A stretch of DNA of 64,000 nucleotides, taken from NCBI GenBank assembly GCA_963790475.1, contig CAWBOS010000010.1, positions 480,001-544,000 of the forward strand. The letters run 5' to 3'. The position numbers and the translations under genes were made by a program. Every line of letters begins with the position of its first letter. Position 1 is the first letter of the stretch. Below the pieces are notes generated by a model. It was given only the letters and a program-made list of their open reading frames with translations, ran no database searches and was not told the DNA's origin. Of this stretch, positions 9,585 through 17,541 are shown piece after piece. The stretch comes from an uncultured delta proteobacterium (GTDB lineage: Bacteria; Desulfobacterota; RBG-13-43-22).

Positions 9585-10015
9585 TTAAAGCAACCTTCCT
9601 TCTTTTTCTTGCCCTTTTATTGGCTTCTAACGGACTGGCCTGCCGGGAGATCCCCAAAAGGTTCTCGCCCTCCATGGTTAATGTCATGATTCATGATATG
9701 ACCTGCAACGATGTTAACGACAGACTTATAAAGGAATTTAAAAATCAACACCTTCCGTTCGAGTGGATAGACAAAGAGCGGGGACTCTTATCTGTTGGTC
9801 CAGCGATTACCCCTCCCTTGTCATCAGATTCTTTTGTAAAAATGGAAGAAACGTATCAATTAGAAATAAAATGTATCGATCCGATCAGTACCCGAATTTC
9901 AGTCCAGATAAAACTGAAAGGCTTTTCTTCGGACAATAGGTGGGTAGAGATTAAAGAGGCGGAGAAGTTAACCGCTTATGGAAAACGGTTTTTAGACAGT
10001 TTCATCAATAAATAA
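9581..10015 (+). CDS. Hypothetical exported protein
   Basis: Overlaps the stop of the protease gene by 4 bp and has an N-terminal signal-like peptide. No family recognised. Confidence 0.65.
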   Translation: MIKATFLLFLALLLASNGLACREIPKRFSPSMVNVMIHDMTCNDVNDRLIKEFKNQHLPFEWIDKERGLLSVGPAITPPLSSDSFVKMEETYQLEIKCIDPISTRISVQIKLKGFSSDNRWVEIKEAEKLTAYGKRFLDSFINK

Positions 10016-10115
10016 TAACCAGGCATTGCCTTTTAACAACGGGCGATCGGATTAAAATCATCTCAAATATCATTTTCCTCCGCCTACCCCACCCGAGATC
10101 TTTGTATTCAAAAAA

Positions 10116-10811
10116 ATGGTTACATTTTTAAAAACGGAAAATTTTATGATTAATCCATCACTATTTTTTTCCCCCGAACAATGGGGATTGATCCGGAAAC
10201 TGGTTCAAAAAGAAATGAACTTGTCACCACCCAGCCACGGCTGGGATCATGTCCAACGGGTCTATGAACTGTGCCTCAAAATAGGAAAAAAAGAAAAGGC
10301 CGATTTGACGATTCTGGGTTTGGCCGCCCTACTGCATGACATCGGACGAAAAGAAGAACAGGCTTCCAAAGGGAAAATCTGCCATGCCCAGGTTGGGGCT
10401 GAAAAGGCTGATGGATTTTTAGCTCGACTGGGAGTTCCTGATCCGATCAAAAAAGAGGTTCTCCACTGTATTCGCAGTCATCGTTTCCGGGGAAAGCAGG
10501 TGCCTAATTCCCTGGAGGCCAGAATATTATTTGATGCCGACAAACTGGATTCCATAGGAGCCGTGGGTCTGGGCCGGGCTTTCCTTTTTGCGGGGGAGGT
10601 CGGGGCCAGGCTTCATAATTCCCACCAGGACCTTTCCAAAACCGTTTCCTACAGCCAGGAAGATACCGCCTATCGGGAATTTCAGGTTAAACTGATCAAG
10701 ATTAAAGACCGGATGTTGACTTCTTCGGGAAGATCATTGGCTGAAGGCCGGCATCGGTTTATGATTCGATTTTTTAAACGGCTGGATGAAGAAGTGAAAG
10801 GAAAAAGATAA
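10116..10811 (+). CDS. HD-domain phosphohydrolase
   Basis: Motifs SHGWDHVQRV, AALLHDIGR, HRFR and DADKLDSIGAVG. The start could be the ATG at 10146. Confidence 0.9.
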   Translation: MVTFLKTENFMINPSLFFSPEQWGLIRKLVQKEMNLSPPSHGWDHVQRVYELCLKIGKKEKADLTILGLAALLHDIGRKEEQASKGKICHAQVGAEKADGFLARLGVPDPIKKEVLHCIRSHRFRGKQVPNSLEARILFDADKLDSIGAVGLGRAFLFAGEVGARLHNSHQDLSKTVSYSQEDTAYREFQVKLIKIKDRMLTSSGRSLAEGRHRFMIRFFKRLDEEVKGKR

Positions 10812-10816
10812 AGACT

Positions 10817-10915
10817 TTTCACCGCAGAGCCCCAGAGGGCGCAAAGAAAAAATATTTTTCGATTGTCGGTGAGTGGCCGACAATCGAAAAGCTTCGCTAC
10901 CCTCGGGTAAGGTTT
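10817..10915 (+). repeat. Family A structured repeat, copy A2 (left half, directly upstream of the GxxExxY gene)
   Basis: TTTCACCGCAGAGCCCCAGAGGGCGCAAAG, perfect 14-bp hairpin TTTTCGATTGTCGG-TGAGTGG-CCGACAATCGAAAA, then CTTCGCTACCCTCGGGTAA. Confidence 0.9.
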
Positions 10916-10934
10916 TGGTTCTCAAGGGGGAGAA

Positions 10935-11324
10935 ATGAGTTTGGATCTCAACCAATTAAGCAGTGAAATAATTGGTGTCGCTATTGAGGTACATAAAGAA
11001 TTAGGGCCTGGATTGCTTGAATCAACATATGAAGAATGTATGTGCTATGAATTTCGCATCAGAAATATCAGTTTCGAGAGGCAGAAACCGATGCCAATCA
11101 CTTATAAAGGTAATACATTGGACTGTGGTTACCGCTTGGACATACTTGTTGAGCATGCGATTATAATTGAATTGAAAGCCTGTGAGAAACTTGAGCCAAT
11201 TCATAAAGCACAGCTCTTGACTTATCTCAAATTGTCAAATCTTAAACTAGGATTGATTCTGAACTTTAATGTGCCTCTAATGCGGGATGGAATAACAAGA
11301 GTAGTCAACAAGCTGGATGAATAA
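10935..11324 (+). CDS. GxxExxY protein (PD-(D/E)XK nuclease superfamily)
   Basis: 129 aa. LGPGLLESTY gives the GxxExxY motif; RLDILVE..IIIELKA and QLLTYLK match the catalytic D..ExK and Q..Y motifs. Confidence 0.95.
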   Translation: MSLDLNQLSSEIIGVAIEVHKELGPGLLESTYEECMCYEFRIRNISFERQKPMPITYKGNTLDCGYRLDILVEHAIIIELKACEKLEPIHKAQLLTYLKLSNLKLGLILNFNVPLMRDGITRVVNKLDE

Positions 11325-11360
11325 TTTGTATTGCTTGATAGAACTTTTTCAACCGACTGC

Positions 11361-11553
11361 TTTCACCGCAGAGTCGCAGAGGACGCAGAGAAGAATATTT
11401 ATCAATTGCCGTTGAGAGGCCGGCAATTGATAACCTTCGCCACCCTCCGGGTAATTATTTGGCCAAAGGCCATAGATGTGCTGTTCAATCCCGCCTCTCA
11501 CGGGATTGAACAACAAGTGTTAGCTCTGCGCTCTTTGCGGCTTTGCGGTGAAA
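11361..11553 (+). repeat. Family A structured repeat, copy A3 (complete, directly downstream of the GxxExxY gene)
   Basis: Terminal inverted repeats TTTCACCGCA / TGCGGTGAAA. Hairpin TTATCAATTGCCG..TGAGAGG..CGGCAATTGATAA and hairpin TGTTCAATCCCG-CCTCTCA-CGGGATTGAACA. Confidence 0.92.
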
Positions 11554-11555
11554 AA

Positions 11556-12149
11556 ATGTATTTAAAAACAAACAAGTCAGTGTGTCAGGCACTCTTTTTA
11601 GACCGGGACGGGGTAATAAATGAAGACCGGGAGGATTATATCAAATCCTGGGAGGAATTCCGGTTTATTAAAGGAGTCCGTCCGGCTTTGAAACAGTTCC
11701 ATCAAGCCGGAATTCCGGTGGTGGTGGTCACTAACCAATCGGTAATTGGACGGGGGTTGGTCACCGAAGGCAAATTGTCGGTTATTCATGACCGAATGTG
11801 TCAAGCCGTCCAAAAATCAGGCGGCCGGATAACCAAGATTTATTATTGCCCCCATCACCCTGATGACCATTGCCGATGCCGGAAGCCTCGCATCGGGATG
11901 TTGAAAAAGGCGGCCCGGGAATTAAGCTTGGATTTAAAAAAATGCATTTTCGTAGGGGATGCCCTCAAGGATATCCAAGCCGGAAAACGCGCGGGATGTC
12001 GAACCCTCCTGGTTCAAACCGGACAAGGGAGGGAATCCTTAATAAAAGTCCTTTCGCGGAAAACACGGATAAAACCGGATTGGGTTTGCGCGTCCTTGAC
12101 CGAAGCAACGCCTTTGATTTTGGATTGTTTCCGGAAAGCGAAACTATGA
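11556..12149 (+). CDS. gmhB: D-glycero-D-manno-heptose 1,7-bisphosphate phosphatase (HAD IIIA)
   Basis: Motifs LFLDRDGVIN, VVTNQS, YYCPHHP..C.CRKP and FVGD..DIQAG. The ORF-track extension from 11331 is translation of repeat A3. Confidence 0.9.
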   Translation: MYLKTNKSVCQALFLDRDGVINEDREDYIKSWEEFRFIKGVRPALKQFHQAGIPVVVVTNQSVIGRGLVTEGKLSVIHDRMCQAVQKSGGRITKIYYCPHHPDDHCRCRKPRIGMLKKAARELSLDLKKCIFVGDALKDIQAGKRAGCRTLLVQTGQGRESLIKVLSRKTRIKPDWVCASLTEATPLILDCFRKAKL

Positions 12150-12221
12150 GACGGTACTAATGATGAAGATTGAACTTCCGGTTCTGCCGGTGGTTATAAC
12201 CAAATTGGGGAGGCCGAAGGC

Positions 12222-12282
12222 CCGTGTAAACTAAGCGGCGTAGAGGCTTTTTGCCTCGTCAGCCTTGAGCGATTTGTCAGGA
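12222..12282 (-). other. Degenerate integron attC-like site overlapping the 3' end of the DUF2442 gene
   Basis: Minus strand CCTGAC-AAATC-GCTCAAGGCTGAC-GAGGC AAAAA GCCTC-TACGCCGCTTAGTTTACACG has attC spacing with paired inner boxes. The first box reads TGAC instead of TAAC and the final GTT box is lost. Confidence 0.5.
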
Positions 12283-12527
12283 GCAGTTTTCCCATTTGTC
12301 CACAGTTCGTATTCACTCAGGTCAATATCATCACTCCACGAAATCCCATACCTCCCTGGATCAACTTGAACAGCATTGAAAAAAGCAGGATTCGCAAGCA
12401 AGTCAAACTGCGGTCCAGAAAGAAGAAAACTACAATCATAAATTTTTTTAATTCCATTCTCGAAAGTGACGAGTAATCGCGCATCCCCTATGGGTTGTAC
12501 AGAGTTAATTTTTGGTATCTTTTCCAT
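12231..12527 (-). CDS. DUF2442 domain protein (putative antitoxin)
   Basis: Pattern LLVTFENG..K.YD....F..L....FF..V.VD.G.YGISW.DDIDLSE.ELW. Confidence 0.85.
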   Translation of the reverse strand: MEKIPKINSVQPIGDARLLVTFENGIKKIYDCSFLLSGPQFDLLANPAFFNAVQVDPGRYGISWSDDIDLSEYELWTNGKTAPDKSLKADEAKSLYAA

Positions 12528-12534
12528 GTTCAAT

Positions 12535-12652
12535 TTACTCCAATCCGGGCAGTTGCTTATATTCCTTTTATTGGGTTGGGTCCCAATTCCTCGAGGTAAA
12601 GCCGTATCCCCTTAATAGATCTGTCCCCTTCATGAAAGTTTATGATCTTCAC
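12535..12652 (-). pseudogene. Fused remnants of two toxin genes: ParE/RelE-like start and DUF4160-like end
   Basis: A GTG overlapping the antitoxin stop gives MKIINFHE (ParE-like N-terminus) and then diverges. Just before DUF2442 another frame reads NWD..KEYKQLPGLE*, resembling DUF4160 C-termini. Confidence 0.5.
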
Positions 12653-12888
12653 GAGATCGCGGCCCTTGCCCGGCGAAAGGCCTCTTCTGCGGGTATTTCC
12701 TTGGCCTTGCCTTCCTTAAGTTCTTTTAGCCGTCTTTCGGCTTCGGCAACCCAGAGATTAAGATTTTCTTCTTCCGTGGGTGCATCCAGGCTCAGAATAA
12801 GCTTTTCGGCAAGTTGAGCGAGCCTTTCGAGACCGAGGCTCAAAACCTCCGATTCCAAGAATTGAACGATCTTTGATATAGCTCTCAT
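12649..12888 (-). CDS. Addiction module antitoxin component (TIGR02574-like)
   Basis: Pattern LSL..E.LAQLAEKLILSLD......W.AEAERR..E...G....IPAEE.F. Confidence 0.85.
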   Translation of the reverse strand: MRAISKIVQFLESEVLSLGLERLAQLAEKLILSLDAPTEEENLNLWVAEAERRLKELKEGKAKEIPAEEAFRRARAAIS

Positions 12889-12962
12889 TTAAATATCCTA
12901 AATTTTCTTTTTAAAACTGCCGATATAAGAAGTGCTGGCAAGGTAGGATGGTAGAAAAATCC

Positions 12963-12992
12963 TTGACAAACATACTTGTCTGGTATTATTTT
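12963..12992 (+). promoter_or_regulatory. Putative hicBA promoter with overlapping palindromic operator
   Basis: TTGACA at 12963 is overlapped by GACAA-N6-TTGTC (12965-12980); AT-rich -10 region TATTATTTT follows. Confidence 0.5.
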
Positions 12993-13033
12993 AATATCAT
13001 TCACCACCCAAAAAGAAAAAGAGGAAACCCAAA

Positions 13034-13348
13034 ATGAATAAAATATTAAAATTAAGATGTTATGGGTTTAAAGCTTCTTCTGGTAAGTGGGAAGGGGTGT
13101 GTCTTGAATTTAATTTAGCTACTCAGGCAGACACATTCGAGCAATTAAGACAAAAGATGAATGAAATTATAATTAGTTATATTGGAAGTGTTTTTGATAC
13201 TACAGACAAATCTTCTATCCCAAGACTATTAAACCGCAAAGCCCCACTTAAAGATTATTTTTTGTATTACTTGATTAAATCAATAAGAACAATAAAAGAC
13301 ATACCCACCCGAATTATCTTCCAAGAATTAGCCCCTCTCCCGGCATAA
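13034..13348 (+). CDS. HicB-like antitoxin (partial RNase H fold)
   Basis: W.GVCLEFNLATQADTFEQL...MNEII.SY matches the HicB N-terminal pattern; gene is adjacent to a HicA-like gene. Confidence 0.7.
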   Translation: MNKILKLRCYGFKASSGKWEGVCLEFNLATQADTFEQLRQKMNEIIISYIGSVFDTTDKSSIPRLLNRKAPLKDYFLYYLIKSIRTIKDIPTRIIFQELAPLPA

Positions 13349-13355
13349 TATTAAA

Positions 13356-13601
13356 ATGGGGGGCCAATATCCACCCTTAGACGAAAACCAAGTAGAGGGT
13401 ATCCTTAAAAAGCTTGGGTTCTACTTGAAAAGACAAAATTCAACGAGTCATGCCCAATGGGAAGGTATTGTTAATGGAGACCGCAAAATAGTAACGGTTG
13501 ATTCATTAAAAAGTAGAAAAGAAAAATATGGGAAATCCCTTCTTAACAGAATGATTAATCAATTTGGCCTTTCGAAAAAAGAATTTTATTCGTATTTATA
13601 G
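13356..13601 (+). CDS. HicA family toxin
   Basis: 81 aa, basic: ILKKLGFYLKRQ..TSHAQW..VTVD..LL.RMI.QFGLSKKEF. Confidence 0.8.
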   Translation: MGGQYPPLDENQVEGILKKLGFYLKRQNSTSHAQWEGIVNGDRKIVTVDSLKSRKEKYGKSLLNRMINQFGLSKKEFYSYL

Positions 13602-13672
13602 AAACGCTCTCCTTATTCCCTGGTTCTTAAACCTTGAACAATCGCCGCCCTTACCGCCTTATCTGGTGAATC

Positions 13673-13828
13673 GAACATTGTGATAGACTTTTTCCATATG
13701 ACAAACCTATAAAAACAGAAATGGAAACCAAGGATTATAATGAAGCCTTAACCGCGGCCATGGATGATTTAGTAAAAAATCGGAGACACTATCGAAGGAG
13801 ATACGAAGAATGGCCCAGAAGAAAATAG
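13673..13828 (+). pseudogene. 3' half of a putative toxin gene partnered with DUF5647
   Basis: Open frame without a start, EHCDRLFPYDKPIKTEMETKDYNEALTAAMDDLVKNRRHYRRRYEEWPRRK*, overlapping the next gene's start. Confidence 0.5.
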
Positions 13829-14117
13829 AAATAAAGACCCCCTCAACGTGTTGTGGAACGAAATATTTTATTGGTTGGCGAGATCATGAAATATCTATTA
13901 AATGATCCACAGGTCTTCGATTCTCTCCCGGATAAATTTGAACTGGTTGTCCTGCCCGATGATGATCCTGAGATGCGTTTGTATAACCTGGAGTTATTGG
14001 ATAAGTGGGAGAGCGAAAACAAGCCAATTGTTTTTGCCCGAATTAAAACACTACGGGACAAAGGATCCAATGCCATCAAAACCAAGCCTGTTTGTTCCAA
14101 TTCCTGTTGCGGCCTGA
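13810..14117 (+). pseudogene. DUF5647-like protein, apparently frameshifted at both ends
   Basis: Core ERNILLVGEIMKYLL.DP..FDSLP..ELVVLPDDDPEMRLYN. The natural start (MAQKKIEIK at 13810) and natural end (PSLFVPIPVAA* at 14117) are in other frames. Confidence 0.55.
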
Positions 14118-14296
14118 CCCTTTCTTTTTTAACCATACCCCTGAGACCCCTTGAGTAAATTTTATGCGGAGGGATGCTTGGTCCCCTTTCCATCCCTTCC
14201 CACCAAGGGACGTTTTTTCAACCTGGCAAACTTTTTCTTGTCTCCTGAACCCCCTTCCGGTTATTATGAACCTCTCTCTTTCATTCTGAAAGTTTC

Positions 14297-14544
14297 TTGA
14301 AAAGAGGGCCAGGGGATTAAGCTTGGATTTAAAAAAATGTGTTTTTGTTGGAGACAGCCTCAAAGACATTCAGGCCGGAAACCGTGCTTGGATGCCGAAC
14401 CCTCCTGGTTCAGACCGGACAGGGAGGGGAATCCGTAAAAAAATTCTGACCGGAAAAACCAAGATCAAGCCTGATTGGGTCTGCGACTCCTTGGCTTCAT
14501 CTACCGCCGTCTTGCTAGGCTTTTTAAAGGGGGAAGGTTCATAA
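14297..14544 (+). pseudogene. gmhB: Diverged, frameshifted duplicate of the gmhB 3' third
   Basis: ATTAAGCTTGGATTTAAAAAAATG is identical at 11921-11944 and 14316-14339. Translation LDLKKCVFVGDSLKDIQAG..KIKPDWVC parallels the GmhB C-terminus. Confidence 0.85.
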
Positions 14545-14547
14545 TTC

Positions 14548-16308
14548 ATGGAGGACGTATTAATAAAAGGACCGGGCTTGAAAGAAAAATTCCACCTTTT
14601 GAACAACAGATATATCCTCTTCCTATTTCTCTTTTTGGCGGCTATCTCTTTGAAACTATTTATTTTTTTGACACTTTCCCAACCCATTGTTTTTTTCAAA
14701 TATCCTTTCTTCGCCGATCAAATAAATAAAGGGATTGATATCGGGGAGCGAATCCTGGATTTGAGCCCCCTTTATCTCTACGGAATGGTCTTACTCCAAA
14801 AAATCTACGGCTCAAACTGGGAGGCCATGATCATCTTCCAGTTGCTGGCCGGAAGCTTAAATTGCATTTTTATTTTTTTGATCGGAGAAAAAATTTTTAA
14901 CCGGACCGTGGGCTTGATAACCGCCGTCTTTTTGATTCTCTATGGGAACCTGACCCTTTTTGAAATGACCTTGGAACCTGACTCTTTTGCCCTTTTTTTA
15001 AATTCACTTTTTGTTCTGACCGTATTCTGGGCACAAGATAAACGTTTATTGAAACAGTCCCCTATCTGGTTCTTGACCGGCGTTATTCTCGGGCTTTCAA
15101 TCATCACCAAACCCAATGCCCTACTTCTTATTCCCTTCTCTTTGGTTTATTTTTTTTGGGTTATTCCCGGGAAAACTGAAAAGATTCAATCAATGCTCCT
15201 TTTTTTGATGGGAATATCCCTAATGGTCCTCCCCGTCACCCTAAGAAATTATGTTAAATTTCATGATCCAGTTTTAGTCACAGCCGATTTCGGCAAGGTT
15301 TTCTTCCACGGTAACGGGCCGGGGGCCACCGGATTGGAGAGAGCCGATTTGCCGAATCAGGGATTCATGGAAGAAACCAGCATAGAACCGGATTATGCCC
15401 ACACCCTTTTTCGAGTAACGGCCAGAAGGCTTTCCGGTCGCCATCTGACCCCCTCGGAGTGCTCCAAGTTTTGGATGTCCCGAACCCTGGAATATATGGC
15501 AGCCCACCCCTGGCAAAGTCTCAAATCGTTTTCTAAGAAATTTATTTTGTTCTGGCTGAACTATGAGGTCCAGGATTTGGATACCAATTATGCCTATTAT
15601 CAAACCATCCGAACGTGGCCGCTATTGCCCTTTGGTTTGGTTTCCGCCTTGGGTCTGGTGGGGATGATCGCGGGCCGGAAAAAATTTAAACAAGCCTATT
15701 GGCCTTATGTAATGGTTTTGATTTATCTGCTGACCCTTATGGTATTTTTCGACGCCTCCCGCTATCGTTTACCGGCCGTTCCTTTTTTATGCCTTTTTGC
15801 CGCTTCCGGTTGTCTATTAACCTGGGATCTTTTCAAGAAGAGATTATTTCCGAGGGGTATGCTCATACTGGGGTCGATCCTCCTTCTTTCAATTTTTTCT
15901 TTCTTTTTTTTGAAGGGAGAGGTCGATGCCCTGGACCGCTGGCAGCAGGCCACGCGAATCCATTATAATCTGGGAGGGAATTTCCATTTTAAAAAAGGAG
16001 AATATAAGGCCGCCATTGAGGAATATAAAAAGGCCATCGCTCTGGCACCCAATTTTGCTCCGGCCTATAACCAATTAGGGAAATCTTATGCCCTTTTGAA
16101 TGCCCAGGGGGAGGCGGAAGAAAACTTTTTAAGAGTAACCGCCCTGTCCCCGAACAGCGATCAGGGGTACATGAATCTTGGTTTTCTTTATGAGTTACGA
16201 GGAGATATCCGTAAAGCCACGGCCTTTTTCCTAAAGGCCTATTCCCTGAATCCCGATAATTTAAAGGTTCGAGAACAATTGAAGCATTTAGAACCCGTTA
16301 AAAAGTGA
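14548..16308 (+). CDS. GT-C (family 39 / PMT-like) membrane glycosyltransferase with C-terminal TPRs
   Basis: About 11 hydrophobic segments; motifs SPLYLY, TKPNAL, PVTLRNY, FFHGNGP.ATG and SRYRLP; TPR repeats (AYNQLG, GYMNLG). Confidence 0.8.
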   Translation: MEDVLIKGPGLKEKFHLLNNRYILFLFLFLAAISLKLFIFLTLSQPIVFFKYPFFADQINKGIDIGERILDLSPLYLYGMVLLQKIYGSNWEAMIIFQLLAGSLNCIFIFLIGEKIFNRTVGLITAVFLILYGNLTLFEMTLEPDSFALFLNSLFVLTVFWAQDKRLLKQSPIWFLTGVILGLSIITKPNALLLIPFSLVYFFWVIPGKTEKIQSMLLFLMGISLMVLPVTLRNYVKFHDPVLVTADFGKVFFHGNGPGATGLERADLPNQGFMEETSIEPDYAHTLFRVTARRLSGRHLTPSECSKFWMSRTLEYMAAHPWQSLKSFSKKFILFWLNYEVQDLDTNYAYYQTIRTWPLLPFGLVSALGLVGMIAGRKKFKQAYWPYVMVLIYLLTLMVFFDASRYRLPAVPFLCLFAASGCLLTWDLFKKRLFPRGMLILGSILLLSIFSFFFLKGEVDALDRWQQATRIHYNLGGNFHFKKGEYKAAIEEYKKAIALAPNFAPAYNQLGKSYALLNAQGEAEENFLRVTALSPNSDQGYMNLGFLYELRGDIRKATAFFLKAYSLNPDNLKVREQLKHLEPVKK

Positions 16309-16312
16309 CCCC

Positions 16313-16495
16313 ATGCCGGCGGACCGATTCAAATTTATCGTCGTCCCATTTTTAGACGCTGGATTATATCTTTTCTTCGTGGCCCTGTTCAGCCGTAATC
16401 TGGCCGACTATGATCTGTGGGGGTATCTGAGTTTGAGCAAATCTGCTCCGCCGGCTCTTATATTCGTTGGATGGAGAGAGAAACCAGCAATTTGA
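16313..16495 (+). pseudogene. N-terminal fragment of a GT-C-type membrane protein
   Basis: One TM helix then ADYDLWGYLS, comparable to the DNDLWYHL motif in the gene at 22563-24719. Truncated after 60 codons. Confidence 0.55.
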
Positions 16496-16518
16496 TATTC
16501 GGAAATAGGTTCTGAACA

Positions 16519-17526
16519 ATGAGAACAGCGAAGGATTCCAATTGGGAGATAAAAGGAGAACCACCCTGTCTTTCCTGCGGGGGAAGACGGTTTGTGTCTC
16601 TTTTTGCTGCCTTAGACTTTGATGGCGGGACAGAATCCTTTTGTCTGATGGAATGTGAAAAATGCCGTCTGGTGAGAACGGCACCCATATTGAGCGATGC
16701 TCAATTGCAAAAATTTTATTCTTTACCCTATTATGGCGGCGGGAAAGAAAAATTCAATGGTCTAACCGAGAACCTGACCCGTTGGTTCAATTCCTTACGG
16801 GCCGGTTCGATTATGTCCCGAATGCCGGACATTCGAATATCTTCCCCAAGATACCCTCCTAAAGTTCTGGATATTGGTTGTGGGCGTGGTCATCTCCTGA
16901 AGATTTTAAAACAAAAAGGGTGTGACTGTTATGGCTTGGAAAGAAAGGCCTTTCCGGTGAATAGCCAATCCCAGGGCATTCATTTTTATAAAGAAAATCT
17001 TCAAGACATTAGGTTTGAGGACGATTTCTTCGATGCTGTCATCCTCTGGCATGTCTTAGAGCATCTGGAAAATCCCATATCTATTATTCAAGAAGCAGCC
17101 CGTATACTCCGACCCGGGGGTTTGCTGGCCTTGGCCGTCCCGAATTTCGGCAGCCTTCAGGCCAAGCTCTTTCGAGGGGACTGGTTTCATCTGGATTTAC
17201 CCAGACACACCCATCATTTTAGCTGGGATCCGCTTTGCCAGGTCTTAAATCAACAGGGCTTCCGGGTCGTTAAAAAAAGGACTTTTTCAGTAGAGCAAAA
17301 TATTTTCGGATTTATACAAAGTCTTTTTAATAAGACAATCCTGTGGTCCAAACCCAACCGGTTTTATTCCTTGTTGAAAAGAATGAACGGTACTGCTCCC
17401 ATCCCGAATTTTTTAATCTGGGCGGGCTTGGCTTTCTTGATTTTTCCCTTTGCTTTTCTGGAATATTTGATATCCGGGATGTCGGGCAAAGGGGCCACCT
17501 TAATGGTGTATGCTGAAAAATCTTGA
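16519..17526 (+). CDS. Class I SAM-dependent methyltransferase with N-terminal CxxC..CxxC
   Basis: Motifs VLDIGCGRG, LWHVLEHL, LRPGG...VPN and HLDLPRH. Confidence 0.9.
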   Translation: MRTAKDSNWEIKGEPPCLSCGGRRFVSLFAALDFDGGTESFCLMECEKCRLVRTAPILSDAQLQKFYSLPYYGGGKEKFNGLTENLTRWFNSLRAGSIMSRMPDIRISSPRYPPKVLDIGCGRGHLLKILKQKGCDCYGLERKAFPVNSQSQGIHFYKENLQDIRFEDDFFDAVILWHVLEHLENPISIIQEAARILRPGGLLALAVPNFGSLQAKLFRGDWFHLDLPRHTHHFSWDPLCQVLNQQGFRVVKKRTFSVEQNIFGFIQSLFNKTILWSKPNRFYSLLKRMNGTAPIPNFLIWAGLAFLIFPFAFLEYLISGMSGKGATLMVYAEKS

Positions 17527-17541
17527 TTTGACTTAGACCTC

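Noticed and set aside
11331-11555. 75-residue N-terminal extension of GmhB in the ORF track
   Set aside because: It is the translation of repeat A3; GmhB homology begins at ALFLDRDG. The extensions at 5813-5896 and 30919-31017 were dropped for the same reason.
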